From: Squalus acanthias
Taxonomy: Eukaryota
Assembly: GCA_030390025.1 (NCBI GenBank)
Contig: CM059431.1
Coordinates: 108,936,001 to 109,000,000, forward strand
DNA length: 64,000 nucleotides
Direction of reading: 5' to 3'
In this document: in pieces, positions 26,813 to 39,245 of the stretch
Numbering within the stretch: the stretch's first letter is position 1
Layout of the letters: every line of letters starts with the position of its first letter
The notes under the pieces: model-generated
What the model saw: the letters and a program-made list of their open reading frames with translations, nothing else
The model's database searches: none
What the model was told of the DNA's origin: nothing
Translations under genes and position numbers: made by a program

Positions 26813-27544
26813 GATAGCAAAATACTGCGGATGCTGGAAAATTGAAACAACAACAGAAAACGCTGGAAAAACTCAGCAGACCAGGCAACATCCATGGAGA
26901 GAGAAACAGAGTTAATGTTTCAGGTCGAAAACCCTTCGTCAGAACTGAGAAAAAAGCAGGAAATGAAACAGATAAAAAAGCAAGTGGGAGGCTGGGGGGA
27001 GGAATAAAAGAACAAAAGGGGTGGTCTATGGTAAGTAGAGACATTAAGAGATGCTCAAGGCAAGACGAGATGGTAATAGGACAGGTTAAGAAACAAAAGG
27101 TGGCTCAGAAGTGTGAAGTGTGAAATGCTGGCAGAATGAGAGACAGCTGCCGTGGGGGGAGAGAGAGAAAAAAAAAGGGAAAAGGCACAAACCAAAAGGG
27201 TGGATAAAATATATATATGGTGGGGGCCGAGGTTATGATCTGAAATTGTTGAACTCGATATTGCGTCCGGAAGGCTGTAAAGTGCCTAATCGGAAGATGA
27301 GGTGCTGTTCCTCGAGCTTACGCTGAGCTTCCGTGGAACAATGCAAGAGGCCGAGGACGGTGAGGTCTGAGTGGGCGTGGAGCGGTGAATTAAAATGACA
27401 AGCGACCGGAAGCTCGGGGTCACCCTTACGGACTGAACGGAGGTGTTCCGCAAAGCGGTCACCCAATCTGCGTTTGGTCTCCTCAATGTAGAGGAGACTC
27501 TGTTTCTCTCTCCATGGATGTTGCCTGGCCTGCTGAGTTCTTCC
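26813..27544 (-). mobile_element. Short Penelope-like insertion with GIY-YIG C-terminus and inverted terminal-repeat fragment
   Basis: Encodes LGDRFAEHLRSV...RKLEEQHLIFRLGTLQP. 27497-27544 is an inverted copy of about 26865-26912. Duplication aaagaaataagtatgat at 26799-26815 and 27545-27561. Confidence 0.92.
26910..26946 (-). ncRNA. Minimal hammerhead ribozyme motif, palindrome mutated
   Basis: AGUU-CUGACGA-A-GGGUU-UUC-GACCU-GAAA-CAUU-AACU. Confidence 0.55.
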
Positions 27545-28993
27545 AAAGAAATAAGTATGATCTGTTAAGTATTTACCAATGTCTTCTGATAAGTGCTATG
27601 TTTCACACACTAAGAGAGCTTTCGAAGGTTGCAAACGGTCACAATCTGAAGACTTTGGGGCAAATTCTGTCACGGCTCCTGGTACAGAAAATGACCACAA
27701 AATTGAGAGAAACCTGAATCAGGCGTGCTGAACTTTGCACCCAATTCTCTGATCAGTGCTTCAATCAAAGGAGGAGCTGCTTCAACCCTTCTCTCAAAAA
27801 ATTACCCTGCTTGTGTTTGGTGTTGTCCGTAATATGTCTTTACTGCATGGTGTTAGGGCACTGGTAAGTAATCATTGTTTCCCTACATTACAAACATTGA
27901 CTGCACTTCAAAAGTACTTAATTGGCTGTGAATCACTTTGGGACACCTGAGGTCGTGAAAGGTGCTATAGAAATGCGTGTTCTTTCTTTCTAATTTAGAA
28001 GATTAGCTAAGGAATTAATTCCTTTGATTTTACTTTTCATGTTGAAGGAAAATTTCTGATTAAATCTCGTCTCTGGGCAACAACAAAAAAAAAGCAACTG
28101 CCTTGTGCTAGATACAGTTCCATGACTGTTGGCAACACTCGCGCATCTTCACATGTGGCAAGTTTCAAATGTGAACTCAAGTCATGAGTCTCAACAGGCT
28201 TTTAGGCTAGTTAGGAGGTGGCAGGGAGGGGCAGGGAGAAGCTGGTGTGGGGGGGGGGGTGCATTGAGCAGGACGACATGATCCATCCTAGCCAGGATCA
28301 GCTAGCCTAGCACAGACTGGGAAACCAAACAAGTGCAGGACCTTCCTGGCCCGTATAGCCCAGTTCTATATAAGAACAGTGCATTTGCCCATTAAGTCAT
28401 TGGGTTGTTTTTTTTGCAAAAAATGTATGTAATTAAGTATTGAGAACTATCAAGATCTTAAAAAAGTTCTTAAGAAATGGAATCCATAACCTTTAACTGG
28501 AAAACTTGATACAGTAAATGTTAGAATGAGGAAATGGATAATCAGCAAATTAATGAAACGTGTTTGATATAACAGAAATCTAGCTGCATTGTAAACAATG
28601 GACATAGAATCTCCCAGTATTTGTAAATAGATTTTGTTCTTGAGTAAATTTGCAATTGGCATCAACACTGCCAACATAAAACTGGAATAAAAAACTCCCA
28701 TGTTAATTTTGAACAAGATATAACAAACAACAGAAAGAGCATGTGATTTTAAGGCAGTATAAAGGATTTTAATCTCAGGGTCTGTAAATTGCTTATAGAC
28801 TCCTCAGTCTTTGCTCTCAGTGTTTATCCGGTGATCTGAATACCTTCATTACGTTCATCCCAAAAATCCATAATCCTCTGTTTATTCTGTGGGTTTCAGT
28901 GAGAATTTTCAGTCCAAACTAAGTGTTAATTCATAAAACTGAAAGTAGAAATAATACTTCACACTTAAAATAATATTTTTCCATGGAAACCTT

Positions 28994-29754
28994 GGGCTGG
29001 ATTTTGTCTTGGGGTCGGGTTGGGGTCGTGTCATCCGCATTTCGTGTTATCCACCCGCCTGAAATTGGATGTGGGAGATTGATGCAATTTTCACTTAATT
29101 GGGCAATTGAGTTCCAGCATGTGGGAACCCATGAACCAATTAGTGGTTTCAGTCTGAAAATCGCCTCTGATGATGTCATTATTGTAGGTCAGAGACTGCC
29201 TGGTCTGGTCTCAGAGATTGCCTGGCCTTTGCTGTGAGAGGACCTGGATGCAAAATGAGCAGCATCTCAGAGAGAGAGAGAGGAGAGAGAGAGAGAATTT
29301 TTTTTTCCATCCAGGTCCTCCAAAGGCCCCGGCAGTCTCTGAAGACATTCAATGCAGCAGCATCAGAGGCGACTTTCAGACCTAATACTACTACTACCTT
29401 CATCACATCTCCGTTGTAATAGTGGACCTGCAGCTGATAGTCAGCTATCCACTTGTGCTCCCGCCAGGTTTCACTGGCGTGTTTCACATCAGGCGTGCTT
29501 CACGTCAGAAAAGGGTTAAACTAGCTAAAACGTTTCAAAATGGCATTACAGAGCCAATTTAGGGCTTGTTAAGGGCTTTAATAGCCTCTCCCGCCTCTTG
29601 GAGGCGGGACGGAGTCGGGAACACCGCACACAATTTTATCAAAATTGCGTGGAGGCGGGTTGGAGGCGGGATGGGGTCGGGACCCCCGAATCTGCAACTT
29701 TAACCCCCCACACGCCTCCAAACCCGACTCCACGGGTCATTGAAAATCCAGCCC
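28994..29754. mobile_element. PIF/Harbinger-type MITE
   Basis: Perfect 12-bp TIR gggctggatttt / aaaatccagccc and 3-bp TSD CTT. Confidence 0.9.
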
Positions 29755-30376
29755 CTTGTACTTGTACAAAAAGGAACTAAACAGATTATAATTGAGGGAT
29801 ATCACATTTCTAAATTCTATCAGGTGAGATGCTTAATATCTTCAGTGTTTTAATACTCAACATAAGAAGTGCAATTAATTAATACTGATAACTATTGATG
29901 ATTTGCCATATTTAGAAAGATTTTGTACTGTTGCTTTATTTTGCCAATGAAAAGTGCAATTCTACTTTACATAAATGTGATTTGGCAGCACGAAACATGG
30001 TCAAGTGCTGTGGGCTATTCACAACTTCATGAAAATTTATGTCCTTGCCTTTCATGGGTAAATATGTCAGAACTGTGAGCGTGCTGGGGAGCAAATGATA
30101 TCTTCCATCACAGTGAATTTCAAAAGTATTTTGGTCACCAGTACTGCAAAATATGACTCTTCAGTATTGATAACCCCCTGCGCTGCACGGGTAAACTCGT
30201 TTTCATTACAGGATGAAAGATGTAGAGTATGACTTTGATACCACCTTCAACATGACAGTATTGGCATTTCAATACAAGATAAACAAACTTGGCAGGGCTT
30301 GCAATAGTGCACTGCCGAAGGTAACAAAGCATCAAAATACAGCACTTGGCAAACACCAGATTGTGTGAGTACCACA

Positions 30377-30766
30377 CATAAGAACATAAGAACATAAGAA
30401 ATAGGAGCAGGAGTAGGCCATTTGGCCCCTCGAGCCTGCTCCGCCATTCAATAAGATCATGGCTGATCTTCTACCTCAACTCCACTTTCCTGCCCGATCC
30501 CCATATCCCTTGATTCCCTTAATATCCAAAAATCTATTGATCTCTGTCTTGAATATACTCAACGACTGAGCCTCCACAGCCCTCTGGGGTAGAGAATTCC
30601 AAAGATTCACCGCCCTCTGAGTGAAGAAATTTCTCCTCCTCTCAGTCCTAAATGGCCTAACCCTTATCCTGAGACTGTGACCCCTGGTTCTAAACTCCCC
30701 AGCCAATGGAAGCATCCTCCCTGCACCTACCTTGTCAAGCCCTGTAAGAATTTTGTATGTTTCAAT
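30377..30766 (-). mobile_element. CR1 LINE 3' fragment
   Basis: (cataagaa)n tail; encodes RTRGHSLRI...RRNFFTQRAVNLWNSLP. Confidence 0.93.
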
Positions 30767-30910
30767 CAGTGGCTAAAGAAAAACCAACTCAACTTCTATG
30801 TGATTGGAGAGAACCGCAATAATTGGGGAATTATCTTTATCGTGAATTTTGTTCTCTCAAAGTGAGAGTTTGACCGTGCTGAGAAATAGAGTCATAGTTA
30901 TAGAGTCATA

Positions 30911-31735
30911 GGGGGAAAAATTCGGTTGATTAGCGCCTCCTGTTAGCTCGCGAAATTGACCAGACATTTTGTGGCGGCACTAAACACTACCACCACGATC
31001 TCCTGCGCTGGCAGATCATGACATCAGTTGAGCGTGCAATGCCCCGGTAGCGCCCCGGACCGGATATTGAGTTGCGCCCCCTGCCTTTCCGCCTGTCGCT
31101 AGCAACGACAGGTAGAGGGGAATGTTTTGCAGTTGGGAAGGGACTGGGGAAGCGCTATTTAAAGGCGGCCCCTTCCTGCCTTTTTTTGTCGGCAACATTT
31201 ATGCACCACACATTCTGAGAGAGCGAGAGACTTCTGGAGAGATTCAACGCTGTGTGAAGGAGTTTTGGGTACTGAGCAGCACTTTGCAAGTTCATTTTGA
31301 TTTGACCTTCCTTGCATCGATTGAGAAGTGACTATGGGTGCTGCACTCTGAGCTCTTTCCCTGGGCCTCTCCATTGTTCTTTCCAGCAGAATTGATGTAC
31401 AGGTCTCTCCAGGCCGAGATTCAAGGCTGCAATGAGCAGGGTGTGGCTGGAGAGCAAGATCTACCCTCCCCTTTAAGAACTGGCCGACCCCAGTGTGTCT
31501 GTGTTCCATTGCTAACTGACATCACATGAGCTTCGCCAGCGCTCTGAGGTAGCGCCTCGCTCCTCGGCTTTAGCGCCTTAAGAGAGGTGTGTAGCGCCTG
31601 ATTTAGTGCTCAAATCACCTCCAGGGGCGATAGAAGCCAAGCTTGCAGTCGGAGGCGATAATTAGCGCCAGGCGCTAAACTTTGCGCCCGGCCGATAATT
31701 GCGCCCCAAACGGGGCGATACCGAATTTCTCCCCC
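30911..31735. mobile_element. PIF/Harbinger-type MITE inserted in a CR1 tail repeat
   Basis: TIR gggggaaaaattcggt / accgaatttctccccc, TSD ATA, many subterminal (t)agcgcc motifs. Confidence 0.88.
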
Positions 31736-32010
31736 ATAGAGTCATAATGGCACAGAAGGGGGCCATTTGGCCCATCGAGTCCGCGCCGGCTCTCTGTAGA
31801 GCAATCCAGTCAGTCCCATTCCCCCGCTCTATCCCCGTAGCCCTGCAAGTTTATTTCCCTCAAGTGCCTATCCAGTCTCCCCTTGAAAACACTGAGTGTC
31901 TCCACTTCCACTACTTCCGTCGGTAGCGAATTCCAGGTTATCACCACTCGCTGCGTAAAAAAGTTTTTCCTCACATCCCCCCCGTGTATCTCTTGCCCAA
32001 AATCTTAAAT
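31736..32010 (-). mobile_element. CR1 LINE 3' fragment
   Basis: Reverse complement of CR1 3' end; its agagtcat tail continues at about 30886-30910, left of the MITE. Confidence 0.85.
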
Positions 32011-33154
32011 AGAGTTCATCCCATTTCAGGCGCCCAGATTTAAAAGTAAGCACGTCCAGGTGAGGTGTAATAAAGTACGGGTGGATTCACATTTCAATTG
32101 TAACATTGGTGTAAGTACTTTTGCTTTGCACCAGCCCTGCAGCTATAGTAATAAATGTAGCCTGAATCCAGTAGCAGGGCATGGTCTAACACCCAAAGAA
32201 GGGTGAGTGAGATTCCCTGGAGGAGGGAGTCTTACTCCGCTTTTCTTTCTAACAGTTTGGGCTCGAACACTTGATTTGTAGTTGAAGTCCAGCATCAGTG
32301 CAAAGCAGTTTCGGTTTCACATAGAAACGAAACTTGTGGAGTGTGCACATACCTCTAGATGCAGTGTAAACTATCTGCTGCTATTACCCATCAATGTACA
32401 TTGGCCCCAAAACAACCCCCTAATGAACTAGTCTGGCATTTTTTTCCCATTTCCCACACAAGTAGTTTGGCAATCTCGCCTGCTGAAGAGTCAAATTGGG
32501 CGCAGTTTTGTGCTGTGACCTCGTAAAGCCAATAATTGCAGTGAGAGTTGTTGAACTCACTTCACATACAGCCAGCAAACAGTGCAGATTTTCATGCCAT
32601 CAGAGTGAGCTGGATTTGGAATCAAGGGCCCTGTCCCAAGGTGTTGGCTTGGCACAGTTGGCAACACTCTCTTCTGATTGAAAACCTAATTTTCACACAC
32701 AAGTCCAGTTCTACGAGATTGCTGCACTGTTGGCGGTATCATTCTTCGGATTTGAGGTCGTATCTGCCTGTTGCTGTGGTTCAGGTGGCTGTTAAAAAAT
32801 ACCCTGGTGCTATTTACAGAAGAACAAGGAGTTTGACAGGGTTCCTGACTAATAGACAGCGCCAACGACAGATTAACTGGTTGATCATCTCATTAGTGTT
32901 TGTGGGATCTTGCTGGCGCATTGCTTACACAACATTCACTGTCCTTCAAATTAACTGCCTGCGAAGTGCATTGAGATATTTCTGAGATGTGATAAAGTGC
33001 TTCTTGAATTTTTGCCCCTCACCCCGTAATCCAGCGTAACTTGGGAAGATGAGGGAAGGAATGTGAGTGGGAAGACGTTCTGTAGACTCTCTGCCATCCA
33101 ACGGTATTTCTGGGATTTACTACTAGAAGTGACATTGAGTGTCTAAAATGTCCA

Positions 33155-34535
33155 CCCTTGGTTAGACCACACTTGCGAGTACTGTACACAGTTCTGGTCG
33201 CCATATTATAAAAAGGATATAGAGGCACTGGGGTTAGTGCAAAAAAGATTGACATGGATGATACCAGAAAAGGATGAACAGGTTGGGTCTCTTTTCTTCT
33301 GAAAAGAGAAGGCTGAGGGATGACCCAATAGAGGTCTTTAAAATTATGAAAAGTTTTGATAGGGTAAACACAAAGGGCAGAATTTTCACCAGCCCGTGGA
33401 GACGGGTTTGGAGGCATGTGGGGTGGGAAAATAGCAGATTTGGGGGTCCCGAACCCATCCCGCCTCCATGCCAGTTTCACAGGAGGCGGGTACCCGACCT
33501 GTGCTGGGAGCCGCCTCCCCAAGGCGGGAAGGGGATTAGTAATAGTTAACTGCCTGTTAACAGGTAGTTAACAGGTAGTTTGTTGCCTAATCCCTATTTT
33601 TAGCCCTGAAGTGTGGGCTACCCGACGGCTCCAAACCACAGCGTTTTAATGAGGCGGACCGTGGGTCTGCAGGGGTTGGAGGGGTCGATATGTCCGGTGG
33701 GCAGGTGAGTGATGGGTGCATGTGTGCAGAGGTAAGTGTGTAAGGTAAGTGTAAAGTGTGGAAAAAAGTTTTACTTACCTTAACTTTCTCCTGCAGGTGT
33801 CAGCCCTTCAGGTCTCGGGAGTCAGAAATCTCACCGGCACAGAAAACAGAATGGCCGCTGAGCTGTCAAAAGCTGCAGTCTCTGCTTTCTGTGCTGGATT
33901 GATTTCTAACTGAGTCTAAGTACAGGGACTCACGTTAGAAATCATATTGTCAGTGTTTGACAGCTTCACAGAGCTGTTAAACGCTGAAATTTCATCTGTC
34001 AAAAGCTCTTGACAGATGAAATTTCAATGGCTGACGTCACCTGTATCCAAGGGACCCTTGATTGGCCTGCTGAGCCCGCTGGGCAGGCTTAACAAGGTCA
34101 ATCGAGGGAAAATACAGTGGGTTGGCCACAAGTCGATGGAGGCGGGACTACAACCCAAAAAGTGGGAGTCCCGCCTCCATCACGTCCCCAGTATCAAAAT
34201 CCAGCCCATAGAGAATGTTTCCACTTGTGGGGCAGAGCATAACTAGAGACCATCAATATAAGATAGTCACCAAGAAATCAAACAGGGAATTCAGAAGAAA
34301 CTTCTTTATCCAGAGAGTGGTTCGAATGTGGAACTCGCTACCACAGGGAGTAGTTGAGGCAAATAGTATAGATGCAGTTAAGGGAAGACTGGATAAGCAT
34401 ATGATGGAGAAGAGAATAGAGAGTTATGCTGGTAGAGTTAGATGAGGAAGAATGGGAGGAGGCTCGAGTGGAGCATAAAAGCCGGTATGAACTGGTTGGG
34501 CCAAATGCAGTATATTCTATGTAATTCTATGTATA
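33155..34535 (+). mobile_element. CR1 LINE 3' fragment split by a MITE
   Basis: RLGLFSSEKRRLRDDPIEVFKIMKSFDRV resumes after 34207 as MFPLVG...RRNFFIQRVVRMWNSLP. Confidence 0.9.
33375..34207. mobile_element. PIF/Harbinger-type MITE nested in CR1
   Basis: TIR gggcagaatttt / aaaatccagccc; cleanly interrupts CR1 coding sequence. Confidence 0.9.
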
Positions 34536-35581
34536 TATGGGTGATATGATAATAGGATACAAATTGATGGGATGACAACCTACATATTCCCCAGCCTTTG
34601 TGCCAGAAATGCTGGTATATTGCTGACATTCAGCGTTGCTATGGGCCACAGAGCAGGCTTTAAAATTTAAATGGCCTTTTGAATGAAGACAATTAATCAA
34701 TTGCATTACTCAACGTGGGAATTTCAAACATTTTAAGAACCTCAAACTTTCAGTCAACGCTGCCCGCCCCGCTACACTGCTGCAAGGTGTCTCAGCAATG
34801 ACCTTCCAGCCCCACCCCAGTGGTGCCCACTCCCCATTTCTAAATTACCCTGACCCCAGGGTATGGGCCAGGGTCAGAGGCGCAGGCAAGCGGCTGGCAA
34901 AAGTCCCACCCTGCCAAAGATCCACCGCTACTACGGCTGAAGGAAGAAATCCAAAGGTGACTGTCTGGCACACTCCACCGCCCATAATCAAAGCCAACAG
35001 GAAAGGTGCGTTCTAACTCTATGCTTAAAGCAGCTACGCATCGGCTCTTTCACTAGTGCATTACCAGCCTTCGTGTCAGTACACTGGTACTACAGCATAT
35101 TGCTTGGACAGCCATTTAGCCAGCTACACAAACTAGAGACATTATTGCATCAGTCTCTTGATTTGCAGGATGTCCCAATCAATAAATACAAATCAGAAAA
35201 AAAAAATAGTGGTTATGCTGCCTCACAGGTTGATGCAAACAGGACACACATCTAATTGTCAATGTGATTTCTCTCATTTAAAAGCAAATATGATGATAAC
35301 CTGTGCTAATCAGCTGTCTGTGCGTTCCTGCGCCATGCTCATCTCTAGACCAAATAAGAATATAGTACTACAGTTACAATGAACAGACTGTCGGGATTGA
35401 AATCCTGAGGTGTTTTTGAAGCTTCTACCAAGGCTTTTCCTGGAACAGAAGTAAATCTATATTGACAAAAGCATCGATGTCGATATAGGGGACAAAACGT
35501 TGATGAGAGTGGAAGGTGATAATTTGAGATGCCCAACGTAAGAGGTGAACCCAATGTATTCAAATACTATTACAGGAAGCA

Positions 35582-36275
35582 GCAACAACAACAACCTGCA
35601 TTTATATAGTGCCTCTAATGTAGTAAAATGTCCCAAGGCGCTTCACAGGAGCATTATCAGACACAATTTTACACCGAACCACATAAGGAGCTATTAGGAC
35701 AGGTGACCAAAAGCTTGGTCAAAGAGGTAGGTTTTAAGAAGCGTCTTAAAACAGAAGACAGAAGTAGAGGGGCGGACATGTTTAGGAAGGCAATTCCAGT
35801 GCTTAGGGCCTAGACAGCTGAAGGCGCAGCCGCCAATGGTGGGGCGAAGGAAATCGGGGATGCGCAAGAGGCCAGAATTAGAGGAGCGCAGAGATCTCGG
35901 AGGCTTGTAGGGCTGGAGGAGGTGACAGAGATAGGGAGGGACGAGGCCAGGGAGGGTTTTGAGCACACGGATAAGAATTTTAAATTTGAGGTGTTGCTGG
36001 ACCGGGAGCCAATGTAGGTCAGCGAGCACGGGGGTGATGAGAGAACGGGACTTGGTGCCAGTTAATAAATGGGGCAGTCAAGTTTTGGATGAGCTCAAAT
36101 TTATGGAAGGTGGAAGATGGCAGGCCAGCCAGGAGAGTATTGGAATATTCAAATCTGGAGGCAACAAAGGCATGGATGAGGGGTTCAGCAGAAGATGGGC
36201 TGAGGCAGAGGTGGAGATGGGCAATATTGCGGAGGTGGAAGTAGGCGGTCTTGGTGATGGAGAAGATAGGGGGTC
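35582..36275 (-). mobile_element. L2-clade LINE 3' fragment
   Basis: Encodes LADLHWLPVQQHLKFKIL...GGCAFSCLGPKHWNCLP...FKTLLKTYLF. Confidence 0.92.
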
Positions 36276-36636
36276 ATAACATGGAGTAATTCAGATGTGG
36301 TTCAGAAGCCATGAAGGTCAAAAGCACCCTTAATATTATATAAAGGAATAACTCACAGTTTTAGGAAAAGTAAAGATGCTGTCTAGTAAAACTTCTGAAA
36401 CAGTTTGAATGTAATTCTATTTCACATGGATGACAATATCGTACTACATCCTCAAATTGAAGGGCTATTGAGTGTTATTTTGCAGAGCGTCACACAAATA
36501 CAGCACATACCTGAATAAGCTTGGAATACAGTTCCGTTATGGGTTGAAAAATCACCAAATTAATCAAACACCAGCTAAATGCAATGGGGACAATAGCAGC
36601 CATATCAGCACTCATGGCTTCATGAGGGAAAACTTT

Positions 36637-37571
36637 GGCCTAGAAATTCCAGAGCGCCGAAAACCTGCCGGTGCCACCATGGGCCACAGTTAGTGGCCGC
36701 CGGAATTAGTCGCGCTGGCAGCACCGGTAATTTGGTGCTGCTTGCTAGTTAAAATTAGCGCAGCGCTAAACTTACCGTGCAAGGCTGGCTTTTGGGAGGT
36801 CGTCTCAGCAGGAGGCCCAATGTAGTGTGGCCCTGGCATCCCTGGAGCAAGAACAGCATTATCTGAAAGCAAGGCTGTCACTTAGAAAGCAGTGTCAACC
36901 CCTTAAAGGGGCACTGCCTTCTAAAATGAAAAAAATAAAAATCATTTTAAAATAGGCAGTTTTTAGCCCTTACAGCTCAACTGCCTTCTGAAGAAAAAAA
37001 AACATTAAAAAGAATCCCCAAATGGCAGTCTCCAGCTCTTAAAGCTGAACTGCCTTCCGCACCTAAAAAAAATATGGGAAAAGTGCTTCAGCACTAACAC
37101 AAATGGCAAGCCATGGAAGAGGCACCCAGGGTCTCACACACAGCACTTTAAAAACTTGAACATCTATTGCACCAGGCCACTACTTCATTAAAATATAAAA
37201 ACTCCAGTCCAAAAGCTTAAATGCAAACTTACCTGAAAGATGTGTGTGTTCCTTTAAGTAGCGCTGACAGCGTCTGTGTAGGTCTGCTGCACGCTTGCTT
37301 TTCAGAGCGAGCTTAGGACCCAGCGCTAAACTCAGCCCTAAGGCCCAAGTTCGCAGAGCGTGGCGTCAAGTCGGCTTTGCGCGACGACTGACGTCTCGCT
37401 CTGCAGATTTGCAAGTCTAGGGCCAGCGCTGTTAACGGCAACGCTATGGCCCTCACCAAACTGGCGGCTGCCGAGTCCCACGCCAGAGGCGGGCGGAAGT
37501 GAGGCGGCTGCCATTTATTTTTCATGAAATGGGCCTTAGCGGGAGGTGGTAAGTACCCGAATTTCTAGCCC
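36637..37571. mobile_element. PIF/Harbinger-type MITE
   Basis: TIR ggcctagaaattc / gaatttctagccc, TSD TTT, internal repeated aaggcagt/actgcctt motifs. Confidence 0.85.
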
Positions 37572-38667
37572 TTTGTTTCTTGTTGCGATTTTTGAAGTCC
37601 TGGATCCAGTCACAGTATACACGAGGTCTCCTATTGTCATTGAACTGTGCTTTCTCATGGAGCAGAGCATCAGAAACTTTGGCACAATTACAGGTCATTT
37701 CACTCACCCATAGATTGAGCACTGTCTTCACGTTGTGCTTGCACAGATGGCTATGGTCAAGCTGGCTGTGTTTGCAGTTGAGTCTAACCACTTCATCCGT
37801 TCTCTCCAGACGCCACAGCAAGTCAATGGCCCTAGCTGGAGGTCAAATTCAAACTGTGTACGTGATGAAAAATCTTGCGGTACTTTCGATTAGGTTCCAG
37901 ATGCACAGCTGACATTTCGGCACAATGGATCAAGTCTGCTTAACACCTATTAAGTCGGCTCCCTCTTCCTGGAAACCCGGCCAAATCTCCAGGTTTAAAT
38001 GCTGTGTTCAAGAAGGAACTTAATTGCAAACTCCTAGGCAATCAATAGAAGAGCTTCTTTTGGTCCATTGATTAAATTGTGAGGTGCATTTGTGGCAAAA
38101 GGGGAAAATGGGAATGAGGTCTCCTGCCTACACTAAACCCATTATTCAGCACCCTGAAAAGGGAGTCAACCAAATGGCAGGCATGTCTCCTTGTTCAGCC
38201 AGGAACATCACGCTCATTAAGCTTGGCAGGGTTATCTAGAGCAGTTTCAAATTTCCTATTGCCAGGTTATCACCTTGGAGCCACCTTGGCCCCAAAGAGA
38301 CCTTCCTTACATTCCCCCGAAGGAGGGGTGTCATTGATTGGGCATCAGCCAGTTGACAAATGCGGGGTTGAGTCCTCACTAGATGGACAGCAGGTACCAA
38401 GAGTTCCTCGTGAGCAGAATGGTGATCAACACTTCTCACCATTAAATGTGGAAAGTGCATTTCCACCATCCTACTGCTCATCGGAACAGCAAAATATCAG
38501 GTGTAAAAGGAGCGAAAATTACTTTCAGAACGCTCTGAGACCACTCTTTGTGATTGAATACCACATTGATGAATACATTGAACAAGATGGGTGACAATTA
38601 AAAAGACAAGATTTGGTTATGGACATAGTAACAATTTAAATGCTAAATAATTCCGCGATTATATCAA

Positions 38668-38782
38668 AAGGTCATCGACCTGAAACGTGAACTCTGTTTC
38701 TCTCTCCACAGATGCTGCCTGACCTGCTGAATTCTTCTGTTTTTATTTCAGATTTCCAGCTTCTGCAGTATTTTGGTTTTGT
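38668..38782 (+). mobile_element. Solo truncated Penelope terminal-repeat fragment
   Basis: ggtcatcgacctgaaacgtgaactctgtttctctctccacagatgctgcctgacctgctga; starts inside the hammerhead motif. Confidence 0.8.
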
Positions 38783-38849
38783 CTGAGATTATATTTGCAG
38801 TTATCACTAAGAGTTCATAATGTGGCAGATTACTGTAAATTGAGCCCAC

Positions 38850-39245
38850 GGAGGAGGCTGAGGGGAGACTTAATTGAGGTGTATAAAATTATGAGGGGCC
38901 TAGATAGAGTGGGTAAGAAGCACCTATTTCCCTTAGCAGAGAGGTCAATAACCAGGGGGCATAGATTTAAAGTACTGGGTAGAAGGGTTAGAGGGGAGTT
39001 GGGGGGAACTTTTTTCCACCCAGAGGGTGGTGGGGGTCTGGAACTCACTGCCTGAAAGGGTGGTAGAGGCAGAAACACTCATGACATTTAAAAAGTACTT
39101 GGATATGCACTTGAACTGTCATAACCTATGAGGCTATGGATCAAGAGCTGGAAAGTGGGATTCGGCTGGATGGCTCTTTTTCGGCCAGCGCAGACACGAT
39201 GGGCTGAATGGCCTCCTCCTGTGCTGTAAATTTCAATGATTCTAT
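38850..39245 (+). mobile_element. CR1 LINE 3' fragment
   Basis: Encodes RRRLRGDLIEVYKIMRGLDRV...TRGHRFKV, followed by CR1 3' UTR. Confidence 0.92.

Noticed and set aside
4841..28692. Chain of exon-like minus-strand intervals (about 4841-4922, 20094-20254, 24871-25046, 26642-26792, 28491-28681) suggesting a second gene
   Set aside because: No recognisable protein, inconsistent phases, weak or non-canonical donors, and all lie within the DACH1 intron on the same strand. Treated as chance.
30211..30320. Plus-strand exon-like interval encoding MKDVEYDFDTTFNMTVLAFQYKINKLGRACNSALPK
   Set aside because: Isolated, with no recognisable homology and no supported partner exons.
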